Origin: a virus
Strand: one strand, 5' to 3'
Virus record (IMG/VR): IMGVR_UViG_3300050821_002122
Coordinates: 1-64,000 of that record
Length of the DNA: 64,000 bases
The notes under the pieces are model-generated. The model ran no database searches and had not been told where the DNA came from. It was given only the letters and a program-made list of their open reading frames with translations. Each line of letters starts with the position of its first letter. Position 1 is the stretch's first letter. A program made the translations under genes and the position numbers. Below, one piece after another: positions 34,430 through 43,094 of this stretch.

Positions 34430-35764
34430 TTAAACATCTGAAGCTGCTAAATTGGGGAGCTCCTTCCCTTTCTTCTTAACACTTGCCAACGACTCCGACT
34501 CTTGCATGTCCACTCCATATACGCGCATCTTAGCACCATCTATACGCATTAGGAATGGGAAGCTTAGACTGTTGCGTGATTTAGGTTGATCGACCTTCAC
34601 CACCCAACCGTCATTCTTTATCTCCGGTGTCGATATCCAAATCCAACTATTGGAACTGTGTTCCGATATCGCCCGTGAGTATTTCAGTTTACCTTCTTCG
34701 TTCACCTGACAGATGAGGATGTTCACTCGGTTGCTGTTCTCAGCATTAATCTTGGCATAGCGCGCAACACGACCAAGAGCCTTTACTTGGTCATCGCCAT
34801 CAACACCTTTCAACAAGCTGATGTAATCGATGATGACCACATCAACGTCGAATGCGTTGATCGAAGCCATGATCTCCTCAATCGTCATGTCCTCTTCGGG
34901 TTTGAAGATCGTGTATCTACCACCACGCTTCTTGGCACGCTTTACCCATTTCTTGTACTTCAGGCGAACATGATCCTTCTCGTTCCCTTTGAGCTTTTGT
35001 AGCCACAAATCTGAGAAGTCTGTATTGGTTATGTTGGCAACGATACGCGCCGTCATCTCCTTCTTCGACATCTCCAATGGTACCAGCAGGACTTTGTAGC
35101 CTCTGCTTGCCATATTTACTGCTAGAGCCGACGCACAAATCGACTTGCCGCCGCCCGAGTTCGCACCGATGGTAACCAGACTACCTCGTGCAAATCCTCC
35201 AGCTTCATTATCGAAGGCGTCAATGCCGGTTTCGATAATGTCTTCCGACCGATCTTCGTCCAATAACTCATTCACGATTTTCATCGAGTTGTTATTGGCA
35301 CCGAAGTGAATAAACGAATCGTCCGTTGCCTTCTTGGCACGTACAACGTTAAGTGCTGTTGCAGCGCGGTGCAGCACTGCATCGATATCGATCTTTGACT
35401 TCTTAAGGTTAGTTGCCAGGTCAGCAGCAAGGTTGTAGAGGCCCCTGCGCTGGCGATACTTGTTCAGTATCGATGCAGCCTTTACTGCATCTGCTCTACT
35501 GTGAATTGAGGCGGTTGATTCTTTGATGTGGTCACGCGCCTCATCACTGATATCTGGGTCTTCGATCAACAACCGGTACGTCGGATTCTTACCCAACACA
35601 CCCATGTTCTTCATGATCGCTTCGTATATTTCTAGCGACTCCGGCGAATAGAAAAACGTGTCGTCAACCGCCCCAATCAACGTACCACTTATCTTAGGGT
35701 CTTTGCTTAGCATGCCGCGTAAGACTGCAAGCTCTGCCTTCGGAGATACGATCTTGACTCCCAT
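34430..35764 (-). CDS. dnaB: DnaB-like replicative helicase
   Basis: N-terminal AELAVLRGML, ETGI..FD...GGF..GSLVTIGANSGGGKS, LEMS and VVIIDYISLL. Confidence 0.85.
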   Translation of the reverse strand: MGVKIVSPKAELAVLRGMLSKDPKISGTLIGAVDDTFFYSPESLEIYEAIMKNMGVLGKNPTYRLLIEDPDISDEARDHIKESTASIHSRADAVKAASILNKYRQRRGLYNLAADLATNLKKSKIDIDAVLHRAATALNVVRAKKATDDSFIHFGANNNSMKIVNELLDEDRSEDIIETGIDAFDNEAGGFARGSLVTIGANSGGGKSICASALAVNMASRGYKVLLVPLEMSKKEMTARIVANITNTDFSDLWLQKLKGNEKDHVRLKYKKWVKRAKKRGGRYTIFKPEEDMTIEEIMASINAFDVDVVIIDYISLLKGVDGDDQVKALGRVARYAKINAENSNRVNILICQVNEEGKLKYSRAISEHSSNSWIWISTPEIKNDGWVVKVDQPKSRNSLSFPFLMRIDGAKMRVYGVDMQESESLASVKKKGKELPNLAASDV

Positions 35765-35774
35765 CTTACCTCCT

Positions 35775-36419
35775 CTAAATAATGTCTATCTTTTTCTTCA
35801 CAATCGAATCAATGAAGTAGGCCAAGCCATGTACCGGGCAGAATAAACGTGTCGCCAGAAATGACATCGGGTCCAGACCAGCGCATACCACAATGCGCGG
35901 TACGTTTGGATAAGCCTCAATTATGTCGCGTGCTTTTTCTATACGGAATGCTGTGGAGTTCACCGTCAGGTTCGTGATGACTATAAGCGTTGGCGGTGCC
36001 CTCTCTTTGTCCAGATAGTGGTTGTCGAAGCCACCATACAGCGTAGCCCAAACTGGATTCGCATCACCCTTAAGGTGTTGCATGTGTAGCGCGACCAAAT
36101 AGGCCGCAAAATACTTCGCTTTCGCGTCGTCTGGGTTTCCACCAACTCCGTAGATCATAGACCGACATGGGTTCTCGATGAACTTAGCCAGAGATTTGTC
36201 TTGGACCGTCGACTCTATGAACTTGGAGTTCAGTTGCTCACTCTCTGTTGCGAACGTCTGGGGCGACCACTTGAATGCTTTCGTACGCCACACATGACCA
36301 GGTACGATACGCTCTACGCCGTGTTTGCGATCTATCTCAATCAGCTTAGGCAAACCAGCATCCTCTGATGGTCGTTCACGTACACGCCTTTCCTTCTTAC
36401 CTCTTGCAATGACTTCCAT
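35775..36419 (-). CDS. Hypothetical protein, possible degenerate helicase-loader-like ATPase fold
   Basis: Adjacent to the helicase, with IYGVGG...AKAK and LIVITNL. No intact Walker A. Confidence 0.45.
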   Translation of the reverse strand: MEVIARGKKERRVRERPSEDAGLPKLIEIDRKHGVERIVPGHVWRTKAFKWSPQTFATESEQLNSKFIESTVQDKSLAKFIENPCRSMIYGVGGNPDDAKAKYFAAYLVALHMQHLKGDANPVWATLYGGFDNHYLDKERAPPTLIVITNLTVNSTAFRIEKARDIIEAYPNVPRIVVCAGLDPMSFLATRLFCPVHGLAYFIDSIVKKKIDII

Positions 36420-36431
36420 CTCGACTCCTGG

Positions 36432-36827
36432 TCAGCAGTTCAAGACCTCAACGTTGGCGATCACGGTCGATCCTTTCAAGGTCTCGACTTTATTTACTGC
36501 GTCGTATACCAGCTGACAAAATCCTGCGAGACGCATCACATGGCCATACGACTGAACCAAAGACGCCTGTATGTCGCATGAGCATCCCATGGCCTCACGC
36601 AGCACGCTAGCGACTTCTCGTACCTTACTTTCATCGATCAGGAACTTGTCCATCGGCTGGTCACGGTCAACGATCTGAAGCAAGCACCAATCGTTCGCCG
36701 CCATCTGATCTTGAATCAAGTAGCGATAGTTAGCGTAGGCTTCGTGCACCTTCTGGTTTGTTGCGAACAGATGCTGACCATGTTCCAGCGTCTTGTCATG
36801 TGCGATCAGGATTGAAACGCGTGTCAT
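36432..36827 (-). CDS. Hypothetical protein
   Basis: 131-aa ORF in the - strand operon. Confidence 0.55.
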   Translation of the reverse strand: MTRVSILIAHDKTLEHGQHLFATNQKVHEAYANYRYLIQDQMAANDWCLLQIVDRDQPMDKFLIDESKVREVASVLREAMGCSCDIQASLVQSYGHVMRLAGFCQLVYDAVNKVETLKGSTVIANVEVLNC

Positions 36828-36830
36828 AGT

Positions 36831-37019
36831 TTAGTCCTTGAAGTATTTGTTGAACACTGTGTTGATGATCTCAAGCTGCTTCTGGTCAAGCTGGTCCATC
36901 TTGGTAGCGCGGTCTGAAGAGGTCCACGCAATATCGATAAACGATTGCTCCGCATCCGTGAGACCTTTGGTAGTGAATAGCGCTATCAATTTGGATGAAT
37001 AGATACTTAGCGGTGCCAT
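36831..37019 (-). CDS. Hypothetical protein
   Basis: 62-aa ORF with a GGAGG RBS. Confidence 0.55.
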   Translation of the reverse strand: MAPLSIYSSKLIALFTTKGLTDAEQSFIDIAWTSSDRATKMDQLDQKQLEIINTVFNKYFKD

Positions 37020-37028
37020 GATTTCCTC

Positions 37029-38561
37029 CTATAGTTCCCAGCTTGCGTGTTCGGCTTTCTGCTTCTCAGCAAGGTAGCCTTTTAAGATTATCAAATCTTT
37101 GTCTGTTATGATAGGCCTGAACTTCGGGCTGATCGTTGACCACCATTCGTTTGCCAGACAGCGCTTGCGAATGCTCAGATCATCTAAGAAAATACGCAGC
37201 AGCGGAGGAGGTTTATCATCCCATGGTGTCAAGATACGGCTGACACGCTGCTCGGCATTTTCTTTGTTGCTCGACATGGTAACCTCATACAACGCGGACG
37301 CTCGCGGTATGTTTAGGCCCGTACTCAGCAACTTAATGTTACCAACTATGATCCGCACCTTGTAGTTCCGTGCGTCTTGAATAAGCTGCTTACGCACATC
37401 TTTTTTCAGGCCACCGAAGAATGGCTTCGCCATCTTCTTACCACTCATGATGTTGATCGCTTTACACAGTGCCTTTATGACGGTCACTCGTGCAAACGGT
37501 ATCAGTACCATGTGTCCATCTTTTGCATCTTTGATCGCCCATTTAGCAATTAGCTTCAATCGTGCAGGGTCTTTCTCCAAATGCGAGACCAGCGAGACCC
37601 ACTGTGGCTGCGCACGACCAATGACACGGCGATACTGAGTCCTGACCAATCGCACAGTTGGGCGTAACCGTTTGACTTTGGCCTCATAGATCACCTTACC
37701 GATCAAAGCATCGATGATGACGAAGCGACCATCTTTACGATTCGGCGTACCGTCCAGACCAATCTTGTACTTCACGTTCAAGCGCGATATAGCAATAGCG
37801 AACTTGTTGGCTGCACCGAGGCGCACCTCATCAACTACCAGCACAGTGAACATATCTCGTATCTTGGCCAAAAGCTTTTGGCCTTTCTCGGAATTGAATG
37901 TCTGCACGGTGGTTAAACAGACATCATACTTCTTGAAGTCAGCTAAGGTTTTTGCAAACCCTACCTGCGATTTCTTCGCATTGGTTAGCGGCTTCTGCGT
38001 AGAGGAACCGCAGAAGGTCTCATGGAAACCATCCAACCACTCACGCTGCGATGCCAAGATCAACGTCTTCTTACCAATCTCGCAGACTGCTGCGGTCGAC
38101 AGAACTGTCTTACCGCTACGTGGTGGTGCCTTGATGATACCTTGCTTGGTCTTCTTTATGCAGTCAACTGCCTCCCTCTGGTGGCCTCTCAACTCACCAG
38201 TGAACTTCATCTTGCGCGAGAAGGCCTCTACGTTATGCTTCGACTTGTAGACGACCTCCTTACCGATGATGCGTTCCATGTTCTTGCGATCACCGAATGG
38301 CAGGCTAATGTATGGAACCTTCTTGAACGTCACAGCTTTGCATAGGTTGACGCCACCTTTATACGCTGGACAGTCCTCGCATTTCTCGCTCAGACCACTT
38401 GCGTCCGCAAGGCGTTCTTCGTGCCACTCGCAGTTAGCGCAGGCTTTCTCTTCAAAGAATAGATGGCGGTTATGGAGTTCTAGTTTCTCCAGCGTGCTGG
38501 GCTTTAGGTCCTTCTTGCGAATGAAAAAGGCCTCTCTCTTGTAAATCTTAATTGGTTCCAT
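37029..38561 (-). CDS. uvsW: UvsW-like SF2 DNA helicase with N-terminal Cys cluster
   Basis: LRGHQREAV, APPRSGKT, VVDEV, GTP.RKDG, LSTGLNIP and EQRVSRILTP. Confidence 0.75.
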   Translation of the reverse strand: MEPIKIYKREAFFIRKKDLKPSTLEKLELHNRHLFFEEKACANCEWHEERLADASGLSEKCEDCPAYKGGVNLCKAVTFKKVPYISLPFGDRKNMERIIGKEVVYKSKHNVEAFSRKMKFTGELRGHQREAVDCIKKTKQGIIKAPPRSGKTVLSTAAVCEIGKKTLILASQREWLDGFHETFCGSSTQKPLTNAKKSQVGFAKTLADFKKYDVCLTTVQTFNSEKGQKLLAKIRDMFTVLVVDEVRLGAANKFAIAISRLNVKYKIGLDGTPNRKDGRFVIIDALIGKVIYEAKVKRLRPTVRLVRTQYRRVIGRAQPQWVSLVSHLEKDPARLKLIAKWAIKDAKDGHMVLIPFARVTVIKALCKAINIMSGKKMAKPFFGGLKKDVRKQLIQDARNYKVRIIVGNIKLLSTGLNIPRASALYEVTMSSNKENAEQRVSRILTPWDDKPPPLLRIFLDDLSIRKRCLANEWWSTISPKFRPIITDKDLIILKGYLAEKQKAEHASWEL

Positions 38562-38967
38562 TTGTTATCGCCAGGTATGCGTCATCACTAAGTATATGTC
38601 TCTTCATGTACTCGATGATCGACGGCCCTCCATTGATCCACATAGTGGCACCTTGTTTTGCTCCAGCATTGACCTTGGTGCTCAGTCGCAGCGTCAGTTT
38701 TGTATTCTCCATCACCTCACACAACCAGGCAATTTGGCGGTAGCAGCACATTTGTCCGTGCAGGTAAATAAAATTAGTACATACTTCTTCTACCACTGCC
38801 GCGTCTTTAACGATCACATTGCCTGGCTTCAGTTCGCGGCCATTCTCTTCGATGGTAAACACACAGCGGGCCTCATCCATCCTGATGACGGACGACCACC
38901 AGCCACGGAATGTCTTGTTAATTGGCGCTTGGTTGCGGCTTAGCGCGTAGCCTTCAGGAAGTATCAT
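38548..38967 (-). CDS. Hypothetical protein
   Basis: 139-aa ORF overlapping both neighbours. Confidence 0.55.
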   Translation of the reverse strand: MILPEGYALSRNQAPINKTFRGWWSSVIRMDEARCVFTIEENGRELKPGNVIVKDAAVVEEVCTNFIYLHGQMCCYRQIAWLCEVMENTKLTLRLSTKVNAGAKQGATMWINGGPSIIEYMKRHILSDDAYLAITNGTN

Positions 38968-39482
38968 AATGTTTTACCCGGTTTGTCACTCATCAGCTTC
39001 AACACATCAACCATATTGGATAAGTGGTATGAAGCCTTATCGATGTCGGAGATAAGACTGTCTAGCAGCGAAAGCAAGGCTTTACCTTCACCCTCCAGTT
39101 GCACTGCCTTGGCAATCAGATTGTCAATGAAGGCTTGACGCTGACCCACCGTCTTATAAACCTTCATCTGGTCTGCATACTCAGTCAAAATATGGTGCTT
39201 GATTGCCTTCGACGCGTCATGTACGGTATCGATTTGAATTGAGGCTTGAACACGAATCTCCACCAGCCGCGAACGACAGGACATTTCGTTCATGCAGGCG
39301 TCTAACAGAGATTTGGCAGAGTACTGCTTCTTACCGTACATCGCGCGACTCAGCCTACCACTATGCATCGATAACGCCTCTATACGGTCACGCTCCAGGT
39401 TTAGGCGTGATTCTGACTCAAGACGAATCTTGGTGAACAGCTTGAACTCCTTGCTGCTCCTGATATCCGATTTTAGACCCAT
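38964..39482 (-). CDS. All-helical protein (weak UvsY-like possibility)
   Basis: Helical amphipathic pattern, close to the UvsW-like gene. The function is a guess. Confidence 0.5.
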   Translation of the reverse strand: MGLKSDIRSSKEFKLFTKIRLESESRLNLERDRIEALSMHSGRLSRAMYGKKQYSAKSLLDACMNEMSCRSRLVEIRVQASIQIDTVHDASKAIKHHILTEYADQMKVYKTVGQRQAFIDNLIAKAVQLEGEGKALLSLLDSLISDIDKASYHLSNMVDVLKLMSDKPGKTL

Positions 39483-39491
39483 GTCACTCTC

Positions 39492-39908
39492 CTATTGTTC
39501 ACGGAAAATCTGCTCTATCTCTGTATTTACTTTAGGGGAGATTGCCAGAGTCCCACGATTCGGGTAATTGTAGACCACCAGGTCCTGCGTTTTAATCAGC
39601 GTCTCACACTCAGTGGCCTCTTGCCGGCGATTCATGTGTGTCAGCAGATAGCCACCTTCGTTACGAATCGTGAACTTGGAGGTGAAGTAGAAGCCACAAC
39701 GCTCACCTATCGAGAGACCTTCATTGTTGCCTGGCACCTCGACCAAGAAGATCGAGAACATGCACCGAAGAGGTAATTCCTTAACGATACGCATATCACG
39801 CTGACGGCGCACATTAATCGTTGGTAGAAAGAAGCCTCGCTCCGCGTCTTCGTAGAACACACCCGGTGATGCATCGATAGCCAACGCGAACATAAAATCG
39901 ACTTGCAT
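39492..39908 (-). CDS. Hypothetical protein
   Basis: 138-aa ORF with a GAGG RBS. Confidence 0.55.
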   Translation of the reverse strand: MQVDFMFALAIDASPGVFYEDAERGFFLPTINVRRQRDMRIVKELPLRCMFSIFLVEVPGNNEGLSIGERCGFYFTSKFTIRNEGGYLLTHMNRRQEATECETLIKTQDLVVYNYPNRGTLAISPKVNTEIEQIFREQ

Positions 39909-39909
39909 T

Positions 39910-40989
39910 TTATTCCTCTTCGGAAGTCTCTTGATTCAGCGACACGATCACTGTGCCTACCTTCAGGTGGAAGGCAATGAACTGGTCATCCACGATTTTC
40001 ATCTGCACCACATCACCACTCTTGCGAATCGCTTCGTCCAAAAACTCGAAGTCGATCATCACCTTGATCTTTTTGCTCTTGGTAGTCTTGATGAGCGCCT
40101 TCGTGGAACCATTCGAGGTCTGCACTGCCAGCGACATTTTGCCGTCAGCTACAGTCAAGCTTACTTCTGAACGTTCTTTGGTAGCAACTGCGCGAGCATT
40201 GTCCATGAAGGCGATGATGTCCTCCTTCTTGACCTCCACCTCAGTGCCTTTGCTACCTTTGATATCCTTGACCGCTGAGATTACTTCCTCCAACTTGAGT
40301 TCGTTCTCTTCCTCTTGCGGCAAACTCAGCGCTACTTTGACCAGCTTGTTCGACACATACAGGTTGGACTTGGATAGTTCGATGGTGAACTCGCCCTTGA
40401 ACGCATCGAGAACAGCTTGGAACATATCTAGGGGCAACTTCACCTCCATTGAACCAGTGATTTCGTTGGAGTGAATGAACGCCATATGATTGCTGTCGTA
40501 ACAGGCAACGAATGCGCCCTTGTTCGTCAGCTTGACCGACAAGGGCATGAAGGTAGCAATCAGCGTCGTTGGCTTCAGCGCAACAGCAGAAACAGTCGTG
40601 CGTAACCACGATGCCTGTTCAGCATCGATTTTGATGGCCTTCTCTTTCTTGTCTTGATCGTCCTCAAGCTGCATTGCGTCCACTGTTGGCAGCTCGCACT
40701 TGTAGGCACCGCTGGTGATCTTGCACAGCGTTTTGTCGTAAGCTATTTTCAGGTCCTTGCGTCCCTTAGTCGCATCCCTCAAGCTCTGCATAGCGACAGC
40801 GAACACATTTGCTTTGCCTTCAACGTCGCCCGGTAACGTGACTGAGCAACTGGATGTCTCACTGTTGGATACCATATGTACACGCTTACCATTCGACTGA
40901 ACAGCAACGTTACCACTTACCGGTGGGGCCAGACGCGATATGATTCGGATGGCTTCTTGCAGGGCGTCATTTGTCGTAGAGATTTGCAT
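39910..40989 (-). CDS. dnaN: DNA sliding clamp, bacterial beta-subunit-like
   Basis: 359 aa with a three-domain alternating beta/helix pattern starting MQISTTNDALQEAIRIISR. Lies in the same block as a clamp loader. Confidence 0.7.
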   Translation of the reverse strand: MQISTTNDALQEAIRIISRLAPPVSGNVAVQSNGKRVHMVSNSETSSCSVTLPGDVEGKANVFAVAMQSLRDATKGRKDLKIAYDKTLCKITSGAYKCELPTVDAMQLEDDQDKKEKAIKIDAEQASWLRTTVSAVALKPTTLIATFMPLSVKLTNKGAFVACYDSNHMAFIHSNEITGSMEVKLPLDMFQAVLDAFKGEFTIELSKSNLYVSNKLVKVALSLPQEEENELKLEEVISAVKDIKGSKGTEVEVKKEDIIAFMDNARAVATKERSEVSLTVADGKMSLAVQTSNGSTKALIKTTKSKKIKVMIDFEFLDEAIRKSGDVVQMKIVDDQFIAFHLKVGTVIVSLNQETSEEE

Positions 40990-41017
40990 GATTTTGTCTG
41001 TGAGTTGGTGTCTGTCT

Positions 41018-41025
41018 TATTTACT
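41018..41025 (-). promoter_or_regulatory. Putative early/middle promoter box AGTAAATA
   Basis: About 29 nt upstream of the clamp start, just after a terminator. Confidence 0.45.
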
Positions 41026-41030
41026 GTGAC

Positions 41031-41064
41031 GAAGAAAGCCTGCTACCATTTCTAGCAGCAGGCT
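41031..41064 (-). terminator. Intrinsic terminator
   Basis: AGCCTGCT / AGCAGGCT stem followed by TTCTTC on the - strand. Confidence 0.5.
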
Positions 41065-41070
41065 CGTGTA

Positions 41071-41145
41071 CTATCTGGTTATTTTGTTGACCACATACGC
41101 TATGGCCACTATGAGGCCTAGGAACAACCATACCTTGATTAGCAT
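41071..41145 (-). CDS. 24-aa hydrophobic peptide (not in ORF track)
   Basis: MLIKVWLFLGLIVAIAYVVNKITR*. TGATG overlap with the upstream stop. Confidence 0.45.
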   Translation of the reverse strand: MLIKVWLFLGLIVAIAYVVNKITR

Positions 41146-41945
41146 CAGACCACCGTGAGCGTCAGTGCAACATTGGTCGTTTGGTTCAGCGAATCCGTGA
41201 CGACATAGTTGAATGTGTAATCAGCGGGTGGCGGTGCACCCAGACGGATAATTCGGATCGTGTTGAACTGCACACCACCCAACGGGGCCACCGAAGTGTA
41301 GGGCACCAACGTGGACTTGAAGAAGCCACCTGGTGGGTTCGATACCACATCGATACGCAAAGGATCGACATTGGTCGTACCTGCTTTGAACAGATCGACC
41401 CAGTTGAAGTCGATGAACGGGCACTGGGCTTCCAGATCAGCGACCTTAACACTAGCAGCCCAACGCAAGGTGCCAGACGTAACGACTGGTGGTGCGGTTG
41501 TTGGTGGGCTGGATACGTCTGCTGCCATGTTGACCTCCAGATTGGTGACCAATGTGCCCAGATAGTAGCGAGTACCCCAACCTTGCGTTGGCAATTGGTG
41601 ATGCGCACCCAAATAGCCGACATCATCGGTTGCAACGAAGGCCGAATAGCCGAGCCACGGACGTTCGCGCACTTCATCATCAGGATAGACGACAGCCATG
41701 TATTGACCGACACCGAAGCCGCTGCCATTGTCTACCTTTTGGGGCAACGTCACGCTGGTGATTGCGACTGAGCCTTCCAGCAGCGCGAACGACGTCTCCG
41801 TGCCCGTGAAGGTAGTAGCGTTGATGGCAAAGAAACCCTGCAGGTTGCCGTTACCACCGCACACCACTGGCAGAATGGTTTGCTTCGATGGTTGGCTCAA
41901 AGGGAGACCCAATTGGTTACTGGTCTGGAAATTAGAATAAGTCAT
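41145..41945 (-). CDS. Probable virion protein with C-terminal Ig-like domain
   Basis: Thr/Val/Gly-rich beta composition ending ADYTFNYVVTDSLNQTTNVALTLTVV. Confidence 0.6.
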   Translation of the reverse strand: MTYSNFQTSNQLGLPLSQPSKQTILPVVCGGNGNLQGFFAINATTFTGTETSFALLEGSVAITSVTLPQKVDNGSGFGVGQYMAVVYPDDEVRERPWLGYSAFVATDDVGYLGAHHQLPTQGWGTRYYLGTLVTNLEVNMAADVSSPPTTAPPVVTSGTLRWAASVKVADLEAQCPFIDFNWVDLFKAGTTNVDPLRIDVVSNPPGGFFKSTLVPYTSVAPLGGVQFNTIRIIRLGAPPPADYTFNYVVTDSLNQTTNVALTLTVV

Positions 41946-42296
41946 TTAAGGCTCCGGTTGGACTATTACGAAAGAGAGTCGGGTGCCACTACAGGTTACG
42001 CCACACACGCATTGGCCTCCACTAGGATCGGCTTCAGCGATAACGGTAGGATCGGTCATTGGTTCGGTCAGAGCCGAATAGCCAATCACGGCCGCCTTCA
42101 ATATCACCTGCGTCGTCAGCATCTGTGCAGCGATTTCCTTATAGGGCAAGCTGAGGGCAACCACGCTGACCGTGTACAGCCCGCAGTATAGTGCATCGCC
42201 GGCAGGTACAAAATCCTGCCCGTTAAACACAAGATCGGTATCGGCAACATTTAAGGTGCCAGTACCATTGATAAGCTGTACCGTTAATTGGCTCAT
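41946..42296 (-). CDS. Probable small virion protein
   Basis: GAGGA RBS, beta-rich, preceded by a CAATTTAA box. Confidence 0.6.
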   Translation of the reverse strand: MSQLTVQLINGTGTLNVADTDLVFNGQDFVPAGDALYCGLYTVSVVALSLPYKEIAAQMLTTQVILKAAVIGYSALTEPMTDPTVIAEADPSGGQCVCGVTCSGTRLSFVIVQPEP

Positions 42297-42306
42297 ACGA
42301 TCCTCA

Positions 42307-42314
42307 TTAAATTG
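42307..42314 (-). promoter_or_regulatory. Putative late-promoter box CAATTTAA
   Basis: TTAAATTG on the + strand, about 10 nt upstream of start 42296. Confidence 0.5.
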
Positions 42315-42317
42315 AAT

Positions 42318-43094
42318 TCATTTCTTCAGGCCAGCTATGGTCTTTTTGGAACTTCCCGCGATATAAAGGATTTCAAAGGTCTGCAACTTGTGTTGACTTG
42401 CCACCAACTCTACATTACCTTCTTTCTTATACTGCATAACGGCTTGACGCAGGGCACCACTCATCGGGTCCTTCATCATCTCTTTCAGTTCCCACAGCTT
42501 ATGGCTCGAATCTAATTTTGCCATCAGCTTGGAACGGGCTTCAACACCTGCGAGGTAACCGATTAGGAGCGCTGCTACTTCCTTGCGCAGATCATAAGGC
42601 GTTATCTTATAGATGGCTGCCTGCACATGATTCAAGAACGATGGTTTAGTTGCTGCGTTCACATAGTCATCCATCGTTGGTTCTTTACGAACCAAATGCC
42701 AGTCCTCTGGATTCTCCACCGCATATTCTAATGCGCGACGCATCGACTTTACGAGATCAGTTGGATCGAGTACCTTCACGTTGCAGGTCTTCAAACATGA
42801 CAGCGAGTCGCAGATGAAAAGAATCTGCCGAGCATAGGGTGACCGATAGCGGTGACAGAACGTAACCGAAGGCAAGATGATGGGCCACGCTGGTTGCTCT
42901 GCGCTCAGATGCCGTGACTTGCTTTTGGCTACCAGCGAATTGTCGACCATAGCGTGGCTAACACGAAGCAATTTCAACGCATGGGCAACCTCCAACGGAG
43001 AAGCCAATACACCATAGGCCTTTATCACAACTTGACGCTCTGCGGATGACCCTTCACCAGCTTTGCTTCCACCTTTGTTTTTACGACTGTCCAT
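42318..43094 (-). CDS. Hypothetical protein (possibly clamp-loader accessory)
   Basis: GAAGGAG RBS inside the sbcC 3' end, giving a 70-nt overlap. Function is a guess. Confidence 0.55.
   Translation of the reverse strand: MDSRKNKGGSKAGEGSSAERQVVIKAYGVLASPLEVAHALKLLRVSHAMVDNSLVAKSKSRHLSAEQPAWPIILPSVTFCHRYRSPYARQILFICDSLSCLKTCNVKVLDPTDLVKSMRRALEYAVENPEDWHLVRKEPTMDDYVNAATKPSFLNHVQAAIYKITPYDLRKEVAALLIGYLAGVEARSKLMAKLDSSHKLWELKEMMKDPMSGALRQAVMQYKKEGNVELVASQHKLQTFEILYIAGSSKKTIAGLKK

Noticed and set aside
33778-34441. + strand ORFs with repeated QQLEQLG-like or Trp/Cys-rich text
   Set aside because: Antisense shadows of the low-complexity - strand gene 33803-34411.
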